Assembly (NCBI GenBank): GCA_021787445.1
Contig: JAJYLV010000001.1
Location: 6,968 to 70,967, forward strand
DNA length: 64,000 nt
Direction: 5' to 3'
Origin: Chloroflexota bacterium
GTDB taxonomy: Bacteria > Chloroflexota > Limnocylindria > P2-11E
Shown piece after piece: positions 21,899 through 30,966 of this stretch. A model generated the notes under the pieces. The model did not search any database, had not been told where the DNA came from, and saw only the letters and a list, made by a program, of their open reading frames with translations. How positions within the stretch are numbered: the first letter of the stretch is position 1; each line of letters starts with the position of its first letter. A program made the translations under genes and the position numbers.

Positions 21899-22920
21899 GG
21901 GTCACGGTCCGCGCGATCGACGTGCACCTCGAGGTGCCGTTCGCGATATCGCGCGCCGTCCGGACGGAGAAGCGCCTCACCCTCGTCGAGCTCGAGGAGG
22001 ACGGCCGTATCGCTCGCGGCGAGGCATCGCCCGATCCGTTCTTCGGCGAGACGACCGAGGGGCTTGAGGCGGATGTCCGCGATGCCGTCGCGCTCCTCCC
22101 CGAGGATCCGCGCGATCTGGAGGCGGTACGCGCACGCCTCGACGCGCGCTTCCCGCACGGCGGGGCGGCCGCGGCGGCCATCGACATCCTCGCGCACGAT
22201 CGCGCCGCTCAAGAGGCGGGCGTCCCGCTCCGGACGCTCCTCGGCCTCGAGGGCCGGGAGGCTCCGCCGACCTCGTTCACGATCGGCATCGCCGAGCCGG
22301 ACCTCATGGCCGAGCGCGCCGCGGCGGCCGCGGCCAAGGGGTTCACGGTCCTCAAGGTGAAGCTCGGCCACGGCGGCGACGACGCGACGACGCTCCGGCT
22401 CATCCGCGAGCGCTTCCACGGCACGATCCGCGTCGATCCGAACGCGGCCTGGACGCCGCGCGAGGCACCCGGGCGGATCGAGAAGATCGTGCCGTACGAC
22501 GTCGAGTTCGTCGAGCAGCCGACGCCGCCCGAGGACATCGACGGGCTCGCGTACGCGCGCGAGCGCTCCCCGCTGCCGATCGTCGCGGACGAGGCGGCGG
22601 TCCGGCTCGCCGACGTCGATCGCCTGGCGCGCGCGTGCGACGGCATCAACGTGAAGCTCCAGAAGTGCGGCGGGCTGGCCGAAGCGCGCGCCATGATCGA
22701 GCGGGCGCACGAGCTCGGGCTCAAGGTCATGCTCGGGTGCCGCGCGGCGGAGACGAGCGTCGGGATCGCCGCCGCGGCGCACCTCGCCCCGTCCGTCGAG
22801 TGGGCGGACCTCGACGGCAACCTGCTCATCGTCGACGATCCCTTCGTCGCCGTCCCCGTCCGAAATGGACGCTTCGTCTTCAGCGCCCGCCCGGGCCTGG
22901 GCGCGCTCCCTCGCGCGTGA
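21895..22920 (+). CDS. Dipeptide epimerase (L-Ala-D/L-Glu epimerase-like) of the enolase superfamily, MLE subgroup.
   Basis: The motifs LKVKLG ... IRVDPNAAW ... FVEQP ... INVKLQKCGGL are enolase-superfamily metal and catalytic-lysine contexts. Confidence 0.7.
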   Translation: MRVTVRAIDVHLEVPFAISRAVRTEKRLTLVELEEDGRIARGEASPDPFFGETTEGLEADVRDAVALLPEDPRDLEAVRARLDARFPHGGAAAAAIDILAHDRAAQEAGVPLRTLLGLEGREAPPTSFTIGIAEPDLMAERAAAAAAKGFTVLKVKLGHGGDDATTLRLIRERFHGTIRVDPNAAWTPREAPGRIEKIVPYDVEFVEQPTPPEDIDGLAYARERSPLPIVADEAAVRLADVDRLARACDGINVKLQKCGGLAEARAMIERAHELGLKVMLGCRAAETSVGIAAAAHLAPSVEWADLDGNLLIVDDPFVAVPVRNGRFVFSARPGLGALPRA

Positions 22921-23624
22921 GCGGGCACCGGACGCGCCCGTCGCTCTGGCTCACGGCGCTCTTCGCGCTCGCCTTCGCGTGGGCCGGCGTCGTCGGTGCG
23001 GTGTTCGCGTTCGCTCCGAACGAGAGCGTCTACCGCTCGCTCGTCGTGCCCGAGGAGCCGCGGGAGATCGTCGTGCGCCTTCCGGCCGGCGGCACGTGGT
23101 CGTTCTCGCGCGAGATGCTCGTCTTCCTCCACCGCCGGACCGTCGCGTACGTGCTCAGCGCTTCCCCCTCGCTCCCGACCGCGCCCGGCGGCGCGGCGAT
23201 CTACACCGCGAACGAGAGCTCGCACTTCGCCGACGTGCGTCGCGTCTTCGACATCGTCCGCGCCGCCGCTGTCGCCGCGGGCCTCGTCGTCCTCGCGAGC
23301 GCGGCCTGGGCACGGCGACGCGGGTACCTGGCGCGGCTCGTCCGCAACGGGGCGATCGCGGCCGCGCTGCTGGTCGTCGTCATCGCGGCGGTGTTCGCCG
23401 TCGCGTTCGAGCCGGCATTCCTCGCCTTCCACTACCTCTTCTTCCCGGAAGGGAACTTCCTCTTCGACCCCGCGACCTCGAACATGCTTCTCGTCTATCC
23501 CGAGCGGTACTGGTACGGCATCACCCTCCGGATCGGCGTCGCGTTCATCGCCCTCGCGGCGATCGTCGCCGGACTCGCCGCATTGGGCGAGCGGCGGGCC
23601 TCCGCTATCGTTCCGACGACATGA
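22917..23624 (+). CDS. TIGR01906/DUF1461 family integral membrane protein (Lit-like).
   Basis: The motif AFHYLFFPEGNFLFDPATSNMLLVYPERYW is characteristic of this family. The GTG start at 22917 overlaps the epimerase stop. Confidence 0.5.
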   Translation: MSGHRTRPSLWLTALFALAFAWAGVVGAVFAFAPNESVYRSLVVPEEPREIVVRLPAGGTWSFSREMLVFLHRRTVAYVLSASPSLPTAPGGAAIYTANESSHFADVRRVFDIVRAAAVAAGLVVLASAAWARRRGYLARLVRNGAIAAALLVVVIAAVFAVAFEPAFLAFHYLFFPEGNFLFDPATSNMLLVYPERYWYGITLRIGVAFIALAAIVAGLAALGERRASAIVPTT

Positions 23625-24727
23625 AGCGTGTCCTTGTCGTCGAGGACCTGCCGCAGGTCGCGGAGCACCTGAAGGGGCTGCTCGGGCGGGAGCAGGACGT
23701 ACAGGTCACCGGCGTGCAGACGCAGGCCGAGGCGGCGATCACGCAGGCGACGACGGAGCGGCCCGAGGTCGTCCTCGTCGACGCCCTCCTGCAGGGGAAG
23801 GTGAGCGGCACCGAGGTCGCGAAGCGGATCCGCGCCGGCTCGCCGGGGACGCGGATCGTGATGGTGACCGTCCCCCAGAAGCCCGTGACGCCGCGCCCTG
23901 AGGAGGGGGTCGACGCCGTCTTCGTCCTTCCCGGCGGCGCGAACGAGATCGCCCTGGCCCTTGGGGGCGGCGAGCGGAAGGCGGGTGGAGGCGGGGCGGT
24001 GGCGACCGCCGTGTACTCGCCGAAGGGCGGGACGGGCAAGACGCTCATCGCCGTCAACCTCGCGACGCACCTCCGGCGGCAGGGCGCGTCGGTGGCGGTG
24101 CTCGACGGCGTCATGCAGTTCGGCGGGGTCCGCCACTTCCTGAAGGTGCCGCCCGACGCGCGGTCGATCGTCGACCTTCCCCCCGGCGGCGCGATGAAGG
24201 CCGCGCTGCCGGAGGCGTTGTGGGAGGGACCGAGCGGCGTCCACTACCTCCTCGCGCCGCCGCGGCCCGAGCAGGCGGACCTCGTGGCGGCGTCGGAGCT
24301 GGCGAACGCCGTCGGCCTCCTCGCCGGGACGCACGATCACGTGATCGTCGATACGCCCGCGCGGCTGGCCGAGGACGCGCTCGCGCTCCTCGACGCGGCC
24401 AGCGCGATCCTCGTGGTCGTGACGTACAACGGGCCCGCCATCGCGAACGTGAAGGCCGCGATGGAGACGTTCGACGAGCTGGGCTACCGGAAGCAGAAGC
24501 CGATCCTCCTCGTCGTCGATCAGGCGGACGAGACCGCGGGTCTCTCGAAGGGCGCGCTCGAGCACACCATCGGCGTCGCGGTGACGGCGGAGATCCCGAC
24601 CGACCGGAAGCTGGTCGCGGAGTCGCTCGCGAAGCAGGAGCCGTTCGTCGTGACCGCGCCGAACGCGCCGATCAGCCAGGCCATCGGGGCCCTCGCCACC
24701 GCGCTCGTGGCGCAGCGGCGGAAGTAG
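23621..24727 (+). CDS. Response-regulator receiver domain fused to a ParA/MinD-type ATPase (CpaE/TadZ-like).
   Basis: It begins MKRVLVVEDLPQVAEHL...VVLVDALLQG, a receiver domain, and continues with VYSPKGGTGKTLIAVNLA, a deviant Walker A as in ParA/MinD. The ATG at 23621 overlaps the preceding stop. The track ORF 22865-24727 is a run-on. Confidence 0.65.
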   Translation: MKRVLVVEDLPQVAEHLKGLLGREQDVQVTGVQTQAEAAITQATTERPEVVLVDALLQGKVSGTEVAKRIRAGSPGTRIVMVTVPQKPVTPRPEEGVDAVFVLPGGANEIALALGGGERKAGGGGAVATAVYSPKGGTGKTLIAVNLATHLRRQGASVAVLDGVMQFGGVRHFLKVPPDARSIVDLPPGGAMKAALPEALWEGPSGVHYLLAPPRPEQADLVAASELANAVGLLAGTHDHVIVDTPARLAEDALALLDAASAILVVVTYNGPAIANVKAAMETFDELGYRKQKPILLVVDQADETAGLSKGALEHTIGVAVTAEIPTDRKLVAESLAKQEPFVVTAPNAPISQAIGALATALVAQRRK

Positions 24728-24775
24728 GTGTTGGCCGGTCGGCGCTCAGCGAGTGATGCCGCCGCGCGGTGGATG

Positions 24776-24818
24776 GATCAGTCCTCGGCCGGGTGACGCA
24801 CCCGGCCTCGGACTGATC
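24776..24818. repeat. Long imperfect inverted repeat (hairpin) between the CpaE-like gene and murI.
   Basis: The sequence GATCAGTCCTCGGCCGGGTG-acg-CACCCGGCCTCGGACTGATC pairs at 18 of 20 positions. No U-tract follows. Confidence 0.4.
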
Positions 24819-24829
24819 GGCTAACGCCT

Positions 24830-25648
24830 GTGCCGAGCGATCGCCCGATCGGCGTCTTCGACTCGGGCGTCGGCGGGCTCACGGTGCTCAAGGAGCTGCG
24901 GAAGCAGCTGCCCGGCGAGTCGACCGTGTACCTCGGGGACGAGGCGCGCATGCCGTACGGCGAGCGGGAAGCCGCGGAGGTCGTCCTCTTCACCCGACAG
25001 GCGATCCGCTGGCTCGCGGCGAACGCGGATCCGAAGCTCGTCGTGGTCGCCTGCAACACGGCGACCGCGGTGGCGCTCGAGGTCGTGCGCGAGGAGAGCG
25101 GCGTGCCGATCATCGGCGTCGTGCGCCCGGGCGCGGCCGCCGCGCTGAGCGCGACGTCGCGCCGCGCGATCGGCGTCCTCGCGACGCGGCTCACCGTCCG
25201 CTCCGGCGCCTACTACCGCGCGCTCCGAGACCTCGACCCGCTGGTCGACGTCCTTCAGCAGCCCTGCCCCACGCTCGTGCCGCTCATCGAGGCGGGGAAG
25301 GCGCGATCGGAAGAGGCGCGCGCCGCCGTCCGCCAGTACATGGCGCCCCTCCTCAGCGAAGGGGCGGTCGTGGCCCCGGGCGTCGACACGGTCCTCCTCG
25401 GATGCACGCACTATCCGCTCATGCGCTGGGCCATCGAGGAGATCGCCGGGCCGAGCGTCCGCGTCGTCGACTCCGCGACGACGACGACGCTCGCGGTGCG
25501 AGAAGTGCTCGCGTCGCACGGCGCCCTCTCGCGCGCGTCGTCCGCCGAACACCGCGTCTTCGCGACCGGCGAGCGCGAGCGTCCCCGGGCGGTCGCGCGC
25601 GCGATGTTCGAGGAGGACGTCGAGGTGGAGGAGGCCACGCTGTCGTGA
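24830..25648 (+). CDS. murI: Glutamate racemase.
   Basis: The motifs are VFDSGVGGLTV, VVACNTA and GCTHYP. Confidence 0.85.
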   Translation: MPSDRPIGVFDSGVGGLTVLKELRKQLPGESTVYLGDEARMPYGEREAAEVVLFTRQAIRWLAANADPKLVVVACNTATAVALEVVREESGVPIIGVVRPGAAAALSATSRRAIGVLATRLTVRSGAYYRALRDLDPLVDVLQQPCPTLVPLIEAGKARSEEARAAVRQYMAPLLSEGAVVAPGVDTVLLGCTHYPLMRWAIEEIAGPSVRVVDSATTTTLAVREVLASHGALSRASSAEHRVFATGERERPRAVARAMFEEDVEVEEATLS

Positions 25649-26754
25649 GCCTGGTCACGACGATCACCGGTATCTCCTTCGTCGGCAAGACCACGCTCTT
25701 CGACCTGCTCACGGGGCAGAAGATCCCGACGGGCACCTTCGCGGGGGCGGAGGCGGAGACGAACGTCGGCGTGGCGAAGGTGCCGGACGAAAGGCTCGAC
25801 AAGCTCGTCCCCCTGTTCGCGCCGAAGAAGGTGACGCACGCCGAGATCACGTACCGCGATCTCGGTCTGGCGAAGGGCGCCGGAGCGGGCGAGGGGATCA
25901 GCGCGAAGAAGCTCGGCGACCTGCGGACGTCGGACGCGCTGCTGCACGTCGTGCGCGCCTTCCGCGACCCCTCCGTGCCGCATCCCGAGGGCTCCGTCGA
26001 CCCCGAGCGCGACCTCGCGACGATCGACCTCGAGCTCGTCGTCGCGGACCACTCCGTCGCGGAGAAGCGGATCGAGCGCATCGAGCCGGAGATCCGCGGC
26101 GCGCGCGCGGGCGGGGAGCGCGAGGCGAAGGAGCGCGAGCGCGACCTGCTCACGCGGTGCCTCGACGCCCTCGGCGACGAGCGGCCGCTGCGCGACGTCG
26201 ACCTCGAGCCCGACGAGCTGAAGCTCCTCCGCGGCTATCGGTTCCTCACGCTCATGCCTCAGCTCGTCGTCGTGAACCTCGACGAGGCCGACGTGGCCGA
26301 GCCCGAGACGGTGCTCGCGCCGATCCGCTCCGTCGTCGCGCGGCATCGGTCGAGCGGCGTCGTGCACGTGTGCGCGAAGCTCGAGGCCGAGATCGCCGAG
26401 CTCTCGCCCGACGAGGCCGTCGCCTTCCGAGAGGAGGCGGGGCTCCACGAGCCCGCGCTCGAGCGCGTCGTGCGCGCGACCTACGACCTCCTCGGACTCG
26501 TCTCGTTCTTCACCGTCGGCCCCGACGAGTGCCGTGCCTGGACGATCGACAAGGGAGCGACGGCGCCCGAGGCCGCGGGCGCGATCCACTCCGACCTCGA
26601 GCGCGGGTTCATCCGGGCGGAGGTCGTGCGCTGGGACGACCTGCTGCGGGTCGGAAGCGAGGCGGAAGCGAAGAAGCACGCGCTGGTCCGGACGGAGGGC
26701 AAGAGCTGGGTCGTCGAGGACGGATCCGTGATCAACGTCCTGTTCAACGTCTGA
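25645..26754 (+). CDS. ychF: Ribosome-binding ATPase YchF (Obg-like GTPase family with a TGS domain).
   Basis: GISFVGKTTLFDLLTG is the G1 motif. The C-terminal TGS-like segment is CRAWTIDKGATAPEAAGAIHSDLERGFIRAEV. The GTG at 25645 overlaps the murI stop as GTGA. Confidence 0.8.
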   Translation: MSLVTTITGISFVGKTTLFDLLTGQKIPTGTFAGAEAETNVGVAKVPDERLDKLVPLFAPKKVTHAEITYRDLGLAKGAGAGEGISAKKLGDLRTSDALLHVVRAFRDPSVPHPEGSVDPERDLATIDLELVVADHSVAEKRIERIEPEIRGARAGGEREAKERERDLLTRCLDALGDERPLRDVDLEPDELKLLRGYRFLTLMPQLVVVNLDEADVAEPETVLAPIRSVVARHRSSGVVHVCAKLEAEIAELSPDEAVAFREEAGLHEPALERVVRATYDLLGLVSFFTVGPDECRAWTIDKGATAPEAAGAIHSDLERGFIRAEVVRWDDLLRVGSEAEAKKHALVRTEGKSWVVEDGSVINVLFNV

Positions 26755-26763
26755 CGTCCGCTC

Positions 26764-27393
26764 CTAGCGCTCGCGAAGATCCGCCTCCACCAGGTCCGCG
26801 ATGACGCCGGCGTCGTCGCTGCCGTGAGCGCGCAGGCCCGCGGCCATCTCCTCACGATCCGCCCGCGATCGGTTCTGGCCGAGCTTGCGCTTGCCCTCGA
26901 GGCGCGCGATCGGCGTCTCGAAGCCGACGACGGCGTCGAGGAGCCCGTCGATGACCTTCGGCTCGACGGAGGACATCCGCCACGGCGCCTCGAAGCCGTC
27001 CTCGTAGCGGTGCGTGGTCTCGTCGACGAGGCGGCGCAGCGCGTCCGGGTCCTCGACGAGGCGCGGCGTGCCGTAGGCGTGGACCGCGAGGTAGTTCCAG
27101 GTCGGGACGCGCCCGCTCGTCGCGTACCACGATGGCGACACGTACGCGTGCGGTCCCCGGAAGATGACCAGCATCTCCGCACCGGATGCCCAGTGCTTCC
27201 AGTGGTCGTTCGCCCGCGCGATGTGGCCGCGGAGCGTCCCGAGCCGACCGGCGGCGCGGTCGAGGAGGACGGGGACGTGCGTCGCGACGATCCCGTCGGG
27301 CCCGGCCGAGACGAGCGTGGCGAAGCTGTTCCGCTCCATGATCGCGTGGAGCACGTCGAGCCGCTCTTCGCGGAAGTGCTGCGGGCGGTACAT
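26764..27393 (-). CDS. paiB: FMN-binding negative transcriptional regulator of the PaiB family.
   Basis: It starts MYRPQHFREERLDVLHAIMERNSFATLVS and has the PaiB family architecture. Confidence 0.65.
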   Translation of the reverse strand: MYRPQHFREERLDVLHAIMERNSFATLVSAGPDGIVATHVPVLLDRAAGRLGTLRGHIARANDHWKHWASGAEMLVIFRGPHAYVSPSWYATSGRVPTWNYLAVHAYGTPRLVEDPDALRRLVDETTHRYEDGFEAPWRMSSVEPKVIDGLLDAVVGFETPIARLEGKRKLGQNRSRADREEMAAGLRAHGSDDAGVIADLVEADLRER

Positions 27394-27443
27394 GCCATCA
27401 CCCTCCGGCGCGGATCGGGTCCTGACGCTACGGTAGCGCGGCG

Positions 27444-28286
27444 ATGACGCGCGTCGTCGCCGTCGGGCACGTCACGCACGACCTGTTCCCCGACGGCTCG
27501 CGCCGCCTCGGCGGCACCGCGTTGTACGCGGCCGCGGCGGCCGCGCGGCTCGGTCTCGACACGGCGCTCGTCACGCGCGTGGGACGCCGCGAGCGCGACG
27601 AGCTCGCTCGCGTGTGCGCGCAGAGCGGGATCGACCTGCGCGCACACGACGCCGAGGTCACCACGACCTTCGTCTTCCGCTGGGATGAGGCCGGCCGGCG
27701 CGTCCTCCGGCTGAAGGCGCGCAGCCGGTCGTTGACGCGTGCCGACGTCCCGCCGGAGCTTCTCCCCGCGGACGCGCTCGTTCTCGGAACGGTCGCGCAC
27801 GAGATCGCGGACGACCTCATCGCCGCTCCGCCCGCGCGCATCTCCGTCCTCGCCGCGCAGGGCATGCTCCGCTCGTGGGACGCCGACGGGACGGTCCGCG
27901 CGTCCCCGTGGACGGGCGCGGAAGAGCTGATCCGGGCGCTGAGCTGCATCGTGCTGAGCGAGGAGGACGTCGCCGTCGACCCCGGCCTCGTCGAGCGCTG
28001 GTCGCGCCTCGTCCCGATGGCGCTCACGCTGGCGGAGCGCGGAGCGCGGCCCTACGAGAACGGGCGTCCGGCGGCGGAGGTGGCGGCGTTCCGGCCGGCC
28101 GCGGTCGTGGACACGACGGGGGCGGGCGACGCGTTCGCGGCCGGGCTCGCCGTCGCCCTCGCCGAGGGCCGGCCGCTCGCGGAGGCCTGCCGCTTCGCGA
28201 ACGCCGTGGCGTCCTTCGGGCTCGAGGCGGCGGGGACCGCGGGCCTCGCCGGACGCGCTGCCGTGGAGCGCCGTCTCGCGGGATAG
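27444..28286 (+). CDS. PfkB-family carbohydrate/nucleoside kinase (ribokinase-like).
   Basis: The C-terminal motif DTTGAGDAFAAG is the PfkB signature 2. Confidence 0.65.
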   Translation: MTRVVAVGHVTHDLFPDGSRRLGGTALYAAAAAARLGLDTALVTRVGRRERDELARVCAQSGIDLRAHDAEVTTTFVFRWDEAGRRVLRLKARSRSLTRADVPPELLPADALVLGTVAHEIADDLIAAPPARISVLAAQGMLRSWDADGTVRASPWTGAEELIRALSCIVLSEEDVAVDPGLVERWSRLVPMALTLAERGARPYENGRPAAEVAAFRPAAVVDTTGAGDAFAAGLAVALAEGRPLAEACRFANAVASFGLEAAGTAGLAGRAAVERRLAG

Positions 28287-28295
28287 CGCGAAGGG

Positions 28296-29213
28296 TCAGG
28301 CCGCCGGCCGCCCCCTGTCGTGCGGGCCGTCCTTGAGATCGCCCGAAAGAGGCGAGATCCACTTCTTGTACAGCGCCGGCCAGCGTCCGTCGGCGATCAT
28401 CGCGGCGATGACCGTGTTGATGAACGGGACGAATCCCACCCTCTTCTTCCGCACGCCGATCCCGCAGGGGACGCTCGAGAGGTAGCCGCCGACGATCTTG
28501 GTCGTGGGGTCCTTGGCGACGAGGCCGAAGAGCGTCGTCTCCTTCGCCCACACCGCATCGGCCGCGCCCTGCCGCAGCGCGTCGAGGCAGGCGTCGATCG
28601 TGTCGAGGCGCAGGACCTTCGCATCCTTCGCCTTCGGGGGGATCGCCTTCTCGGCGGACGAGCCCTTGTTCACGCACACCGTCCGGTCGTGGATGTCCGC
28701 GACGGACGCGATCGTCGACGCCTTCGTGACGAGGAGCCTGTCTCCCGTGACGAAGTACTGCGATGAGAAGTCGATCTGCCGCATGCGCGTGTCGGTGACC
28801 TCGAAGTCCGACGCGACGATGTCGGCCTTGTCGTCGGTGAGCGCGGAGACCATCGTCGCGGGGACGACAGGGACCCAGGTGATGTAGGCGTCGGGATCGG
28901 CCGCGCTCGCCGTTCCGAAGATCGCGATCGCGATCTGGCGCGCGACGTCGGCGTCGAATCCCTCGTACCGGCCGGTCGCGCTCTTCTGCGCGAAGGGCGG
29001 ATCGTCGTCGCGGATCCCGACGCGGAGCTTGCCCTTCGTCTGGATGGCGAACTGGTAGCTGGCGAGCTCGAAGGTGGGGACGGCCGCCGCGGTCGGTATC
29101 GGCGACGGCGTCGGCGACGGCGAGGGGGACGGAGCGACGGTCGGCGTGCAGGTGACGAGCATCGACGACACGACGAGAGCCGCGACCGCGCGGACGAGCA
29201 CGCGCATACGCAT
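28296..29213 (-). CDS. ABC transporter substrate-binding lipoprotein (polar amino-acid-binding family 3). No adjacent permease or ATPase.
   Basis: A signal peptide with the lipobox SSMLVTC is followed by a low-complexity PSPSPSPTPSP linker. The SBP_bac_3-like core includes KGKLRVGIRDDDPPF ... DIVASDFEVTDTR. Confidence 0.65.
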   Translation of the reverse strand: MRMRVLVRAVAALVVSSMLVTCTPTVAPSPSPSPTPSPIPTAAAVPTFELASYQFAIQTKGKLRVGIRDDDPPFAQKSATGRYEGFDADVARQIAIAIFGTASAADPDAYITWVPVVPATMVSALTDDKADIVASDFEVTDTRMRQIDFSSQYFVTGDRLLVTKASTIASVADIHDRTVCVNKGSSAEKAIPPKAKDAKVLRLDTIDACLDALRQGAADAVWAKETTLFGLVAKDPTTKIVGGYLSSVPCGIGVRKKRVGFVPFINTVIAAMIADGRWPALYKKWISPLSGDLKDGPHDRGRPAA

Positions 29214-29271
29214 CCCTCCCTCGGCCACAGCCTACCGGCGCCGGCGGGGTGGGGCGCAACAGGCGCGGGCT

Positions 29272-30102
29272 ATGGCTAGTGTCGGCGCGGTGACGCTCGT
29301 GGATCGCTTCCGCGAACGCGCCGGCGCGTGCGACGGGCGTGTGGGTGCCGTCCTCATCGGCTCCGAGGGGCAGGAGGTCCTCGCGCTGGACGCCGACGGC
29401 GTCTACGCCGCCGCGTCGGTCATCAAGCTGCCGCTCGTGATGACGCTGTACGAGGACGTCAAAGAGGGGCGCATCTCGCTCGAGGAGCGCCTTCCGATCG
29501 GCGAGCGCGTCGGCGGGTCCGGAGTGCTGCGGGAGCTCGTCGACGTGAGCGCGATGAGCGTGCGCGACCTCGCGGTCCTCACGATGGAGGTGAGCGACAA
29601 CACCGCGACGAACCACCTCATCGATCGCGTCGGGGCGGATCGCGTGCACGAGCGCCTGCGGTCATGGGGCTGCACGACGACCGCCTTGCGGCGGAAGCTC
29701 TTCGACGACGACGCGCGGGCGCGCGGCCTGGAGAACGTCATGACCCCGCGCGAGACGGCGGCGCTCCTCCGGCGCGTGCGCGAGCGCGCGGGAGCCGGCG
29801 ACGAGGCGAGCGCGCGGGTGCTGCGGCTCCTCGAGGGGGACCAGAACACGCAGCGGCTGGGGTCGTTCCTGCCGCGGGGCGTCGTCCTCGCGCACAAGGA
29901 GGGCTGGCTGAGCGATCCCGAGCCCGTCGAGAACGACGCCGGGATCGTCCGTGCGCGAGAGAGCGTGGTCGCGGTCGGGTTCACGCACGGGGTGCACCCG
30001 GTCGTCGCCCGGCCGCTCCTCGGTCTGCTCGGCCTCGCGGCGGCCGAGCTCGCGGGCGCCGACCTCGGCGGGCTTCCGTCGGGGGTCCTCCGTGGTGCAT
30101 GA
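29272..30102 (+). CDS. Class A beta-lactamase-like serine hydrolase, apparently cytoplasmic because it has no signal peptide.
   Basis: The motifs are S-x-x-K (AASVIKL), SDN (EVSDNTATN), and a K(T/S)G-like HKEGW. The start is the ATG at 29272. The track ORF 29074-30102 has an upstream run-on. Confidence 0.6.
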   Translation: MASVGAVTLVDRFRERAGACDGRVGAVLIGSEGQEVLALDADGVYAAASVIKLPLVMTLYEDVKEGRISLEERLPIGERVGGSGVLRELVDVSAMSVRDLAVLTMEVSDNTATNHLIDRVGADRVHERLRSWGCTTTALRRKLFDDDARARGLENVMTPRETAALLRRVRERAGAGDEASARVLRLLEGDQNTQRLGSFLPRGVVLAHKEGWLSDPEPVENDAGIVRARESVVAVGFTHGVHPVVARPLLGLLGLAAAELAGADLGGLPSGVLRGA

Positions 30103-30497
30103 TCCGACCGATGCGACCTCGCCGGCGCCGCCGCTCGCGCCTCGGTGACCTGGCGCGCCCCGCCGTCGCGGTCGTCGTCCTCGCCGCCGGTCTGCTGCTG
30201 AGCGGTGCGTTCGTCGGGATCGCGGTGCAGCAGTCGAGCGTGGATAGGCAGGCGCGCGTCGCGCAGCAGCAGATCGACGCGGAGCTCGCGAAGCGCAGCG
30301 AGCTGGAGTCCGCGATCGCGCAGCGGAAGACGGATGCGTACGTGATCGACAAGGCGCGCGACCTCGGATACGTGCGGCCGGGGGAGGGCCTGATCGCCGT
30401 CGAGCGCGGTCCGTCCGGGCTGCCGACCGTGCGGATCAACTCCTCGGACGGGGGCCGCTTCGCGCGCTGGTGGGCGCTGTTCTTCGGCGCGAAGTAG
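30099..30497 (+). CDS. Septum formation initiator family protein (FtsB/DivIC-like).
   Basis: An Arg-rich N-terminus is followed by a single TM helix (AVAVVVLAAGLLLSGAFVGIAV), then a coiled coil (QQQIDAELAKRSELESAIAQRK) and a conserved YVIDKARDLGYVRPGE tail. The ATG overlaps the preceding stop as ATGA. Confidence 0.55.
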   Translation: MIRPMRPRRRRRSRLGDLARPAVAVVVLAAGLLLSGAFVGIAVQQSSVDRQARVAQQQIDAELAKRSELESAIAQRKTDAYVIDKARDLGYVRPGEGLIAVERGPSGLPTVRINSSDGGRFARWWALFFGAK

Positions 30498-30506
30498 AAT
30501 GCGATG

Positions 30507-30578
30507 CGCGGGGTGGTGGAGTGGTACCACGCGGGGCTCATAACCCCGAAGCCCTGGGTTCGAATCCCAGCCCCGCAA
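30507..30578 (+). tRNA. Initiator tRNA-fMet with anticodon CAT.
   Basis: It folds as a cloverleaf with acceptor CGCGGGG/CCCCGCA, showing the C1·A72 mismatch, D stem GTGG/CCAC and anticodon stem CGGGG/CCCCG. The anticodon stem has three consecutive G:C pairs closing the CTCATAA loop. The T arm is CTGGG-TTCGAAT-CCCAG, the discriminator is A, and CCA is not encoded. The C1·A72 mismatch together with the 3 G:C pairs are bacterial initiator identity elements. Confidence 0.85.
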
Positions 30579-30618
30579 CAGTCGTCCCCCGCGGCCCTCT
30601 CGCTCAGGAGAAGGCCGT

Positions 30619-30891
30619 TCAGCGCGCTCGGACGCCCTTCCGGCGCCGCTCCGTCCCGGCGCTCCCCAGAGGCTCCCTCTCCGCGTCGGCCATGAGCCGC
30701 GAGGGATAGACGCCGAGCGCTTCGGCGATCTGCGCCAGCGCGTCGACCGAGATGTTCCGGTAGCCGCGCTCGACGAGCGAGATGTAGGTGCGGTGGAGGC
30801 CGGACTCCGCGGCGAGCGCCTCCTGCGACAGGCCGACGTCCTGGCGGTAGCGGCGGATGACGCGACCGACACGGGGAGCGAGTGCTGGCAC
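30619..30891 (-). CDS. XRE-family helix-turn-helix transcriptional regulator.
   Basis: RRYRQDVGLSQEALAAESGLHRTYISLVERGYRNISVDALAQIAEALGV is a Cro/C1-type HTH. Confidence 0.75.
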   Translation of the reverse strand: MPALAPRVGRVIRRYRQDVGLSQEALAAESGLHRTYISLVERGYRNISVDALAQIAEALGVYPSRLMADAEREPLGSAGTERRRKGVRAR

Positions 30892-30966
30892 GGCGCGAGG
30901 GTGTGCGCCGCCGAGACAAGGAGTCTACAGACGATAGTCTGCAAGCGCCGTCCGATCACATGCCCC

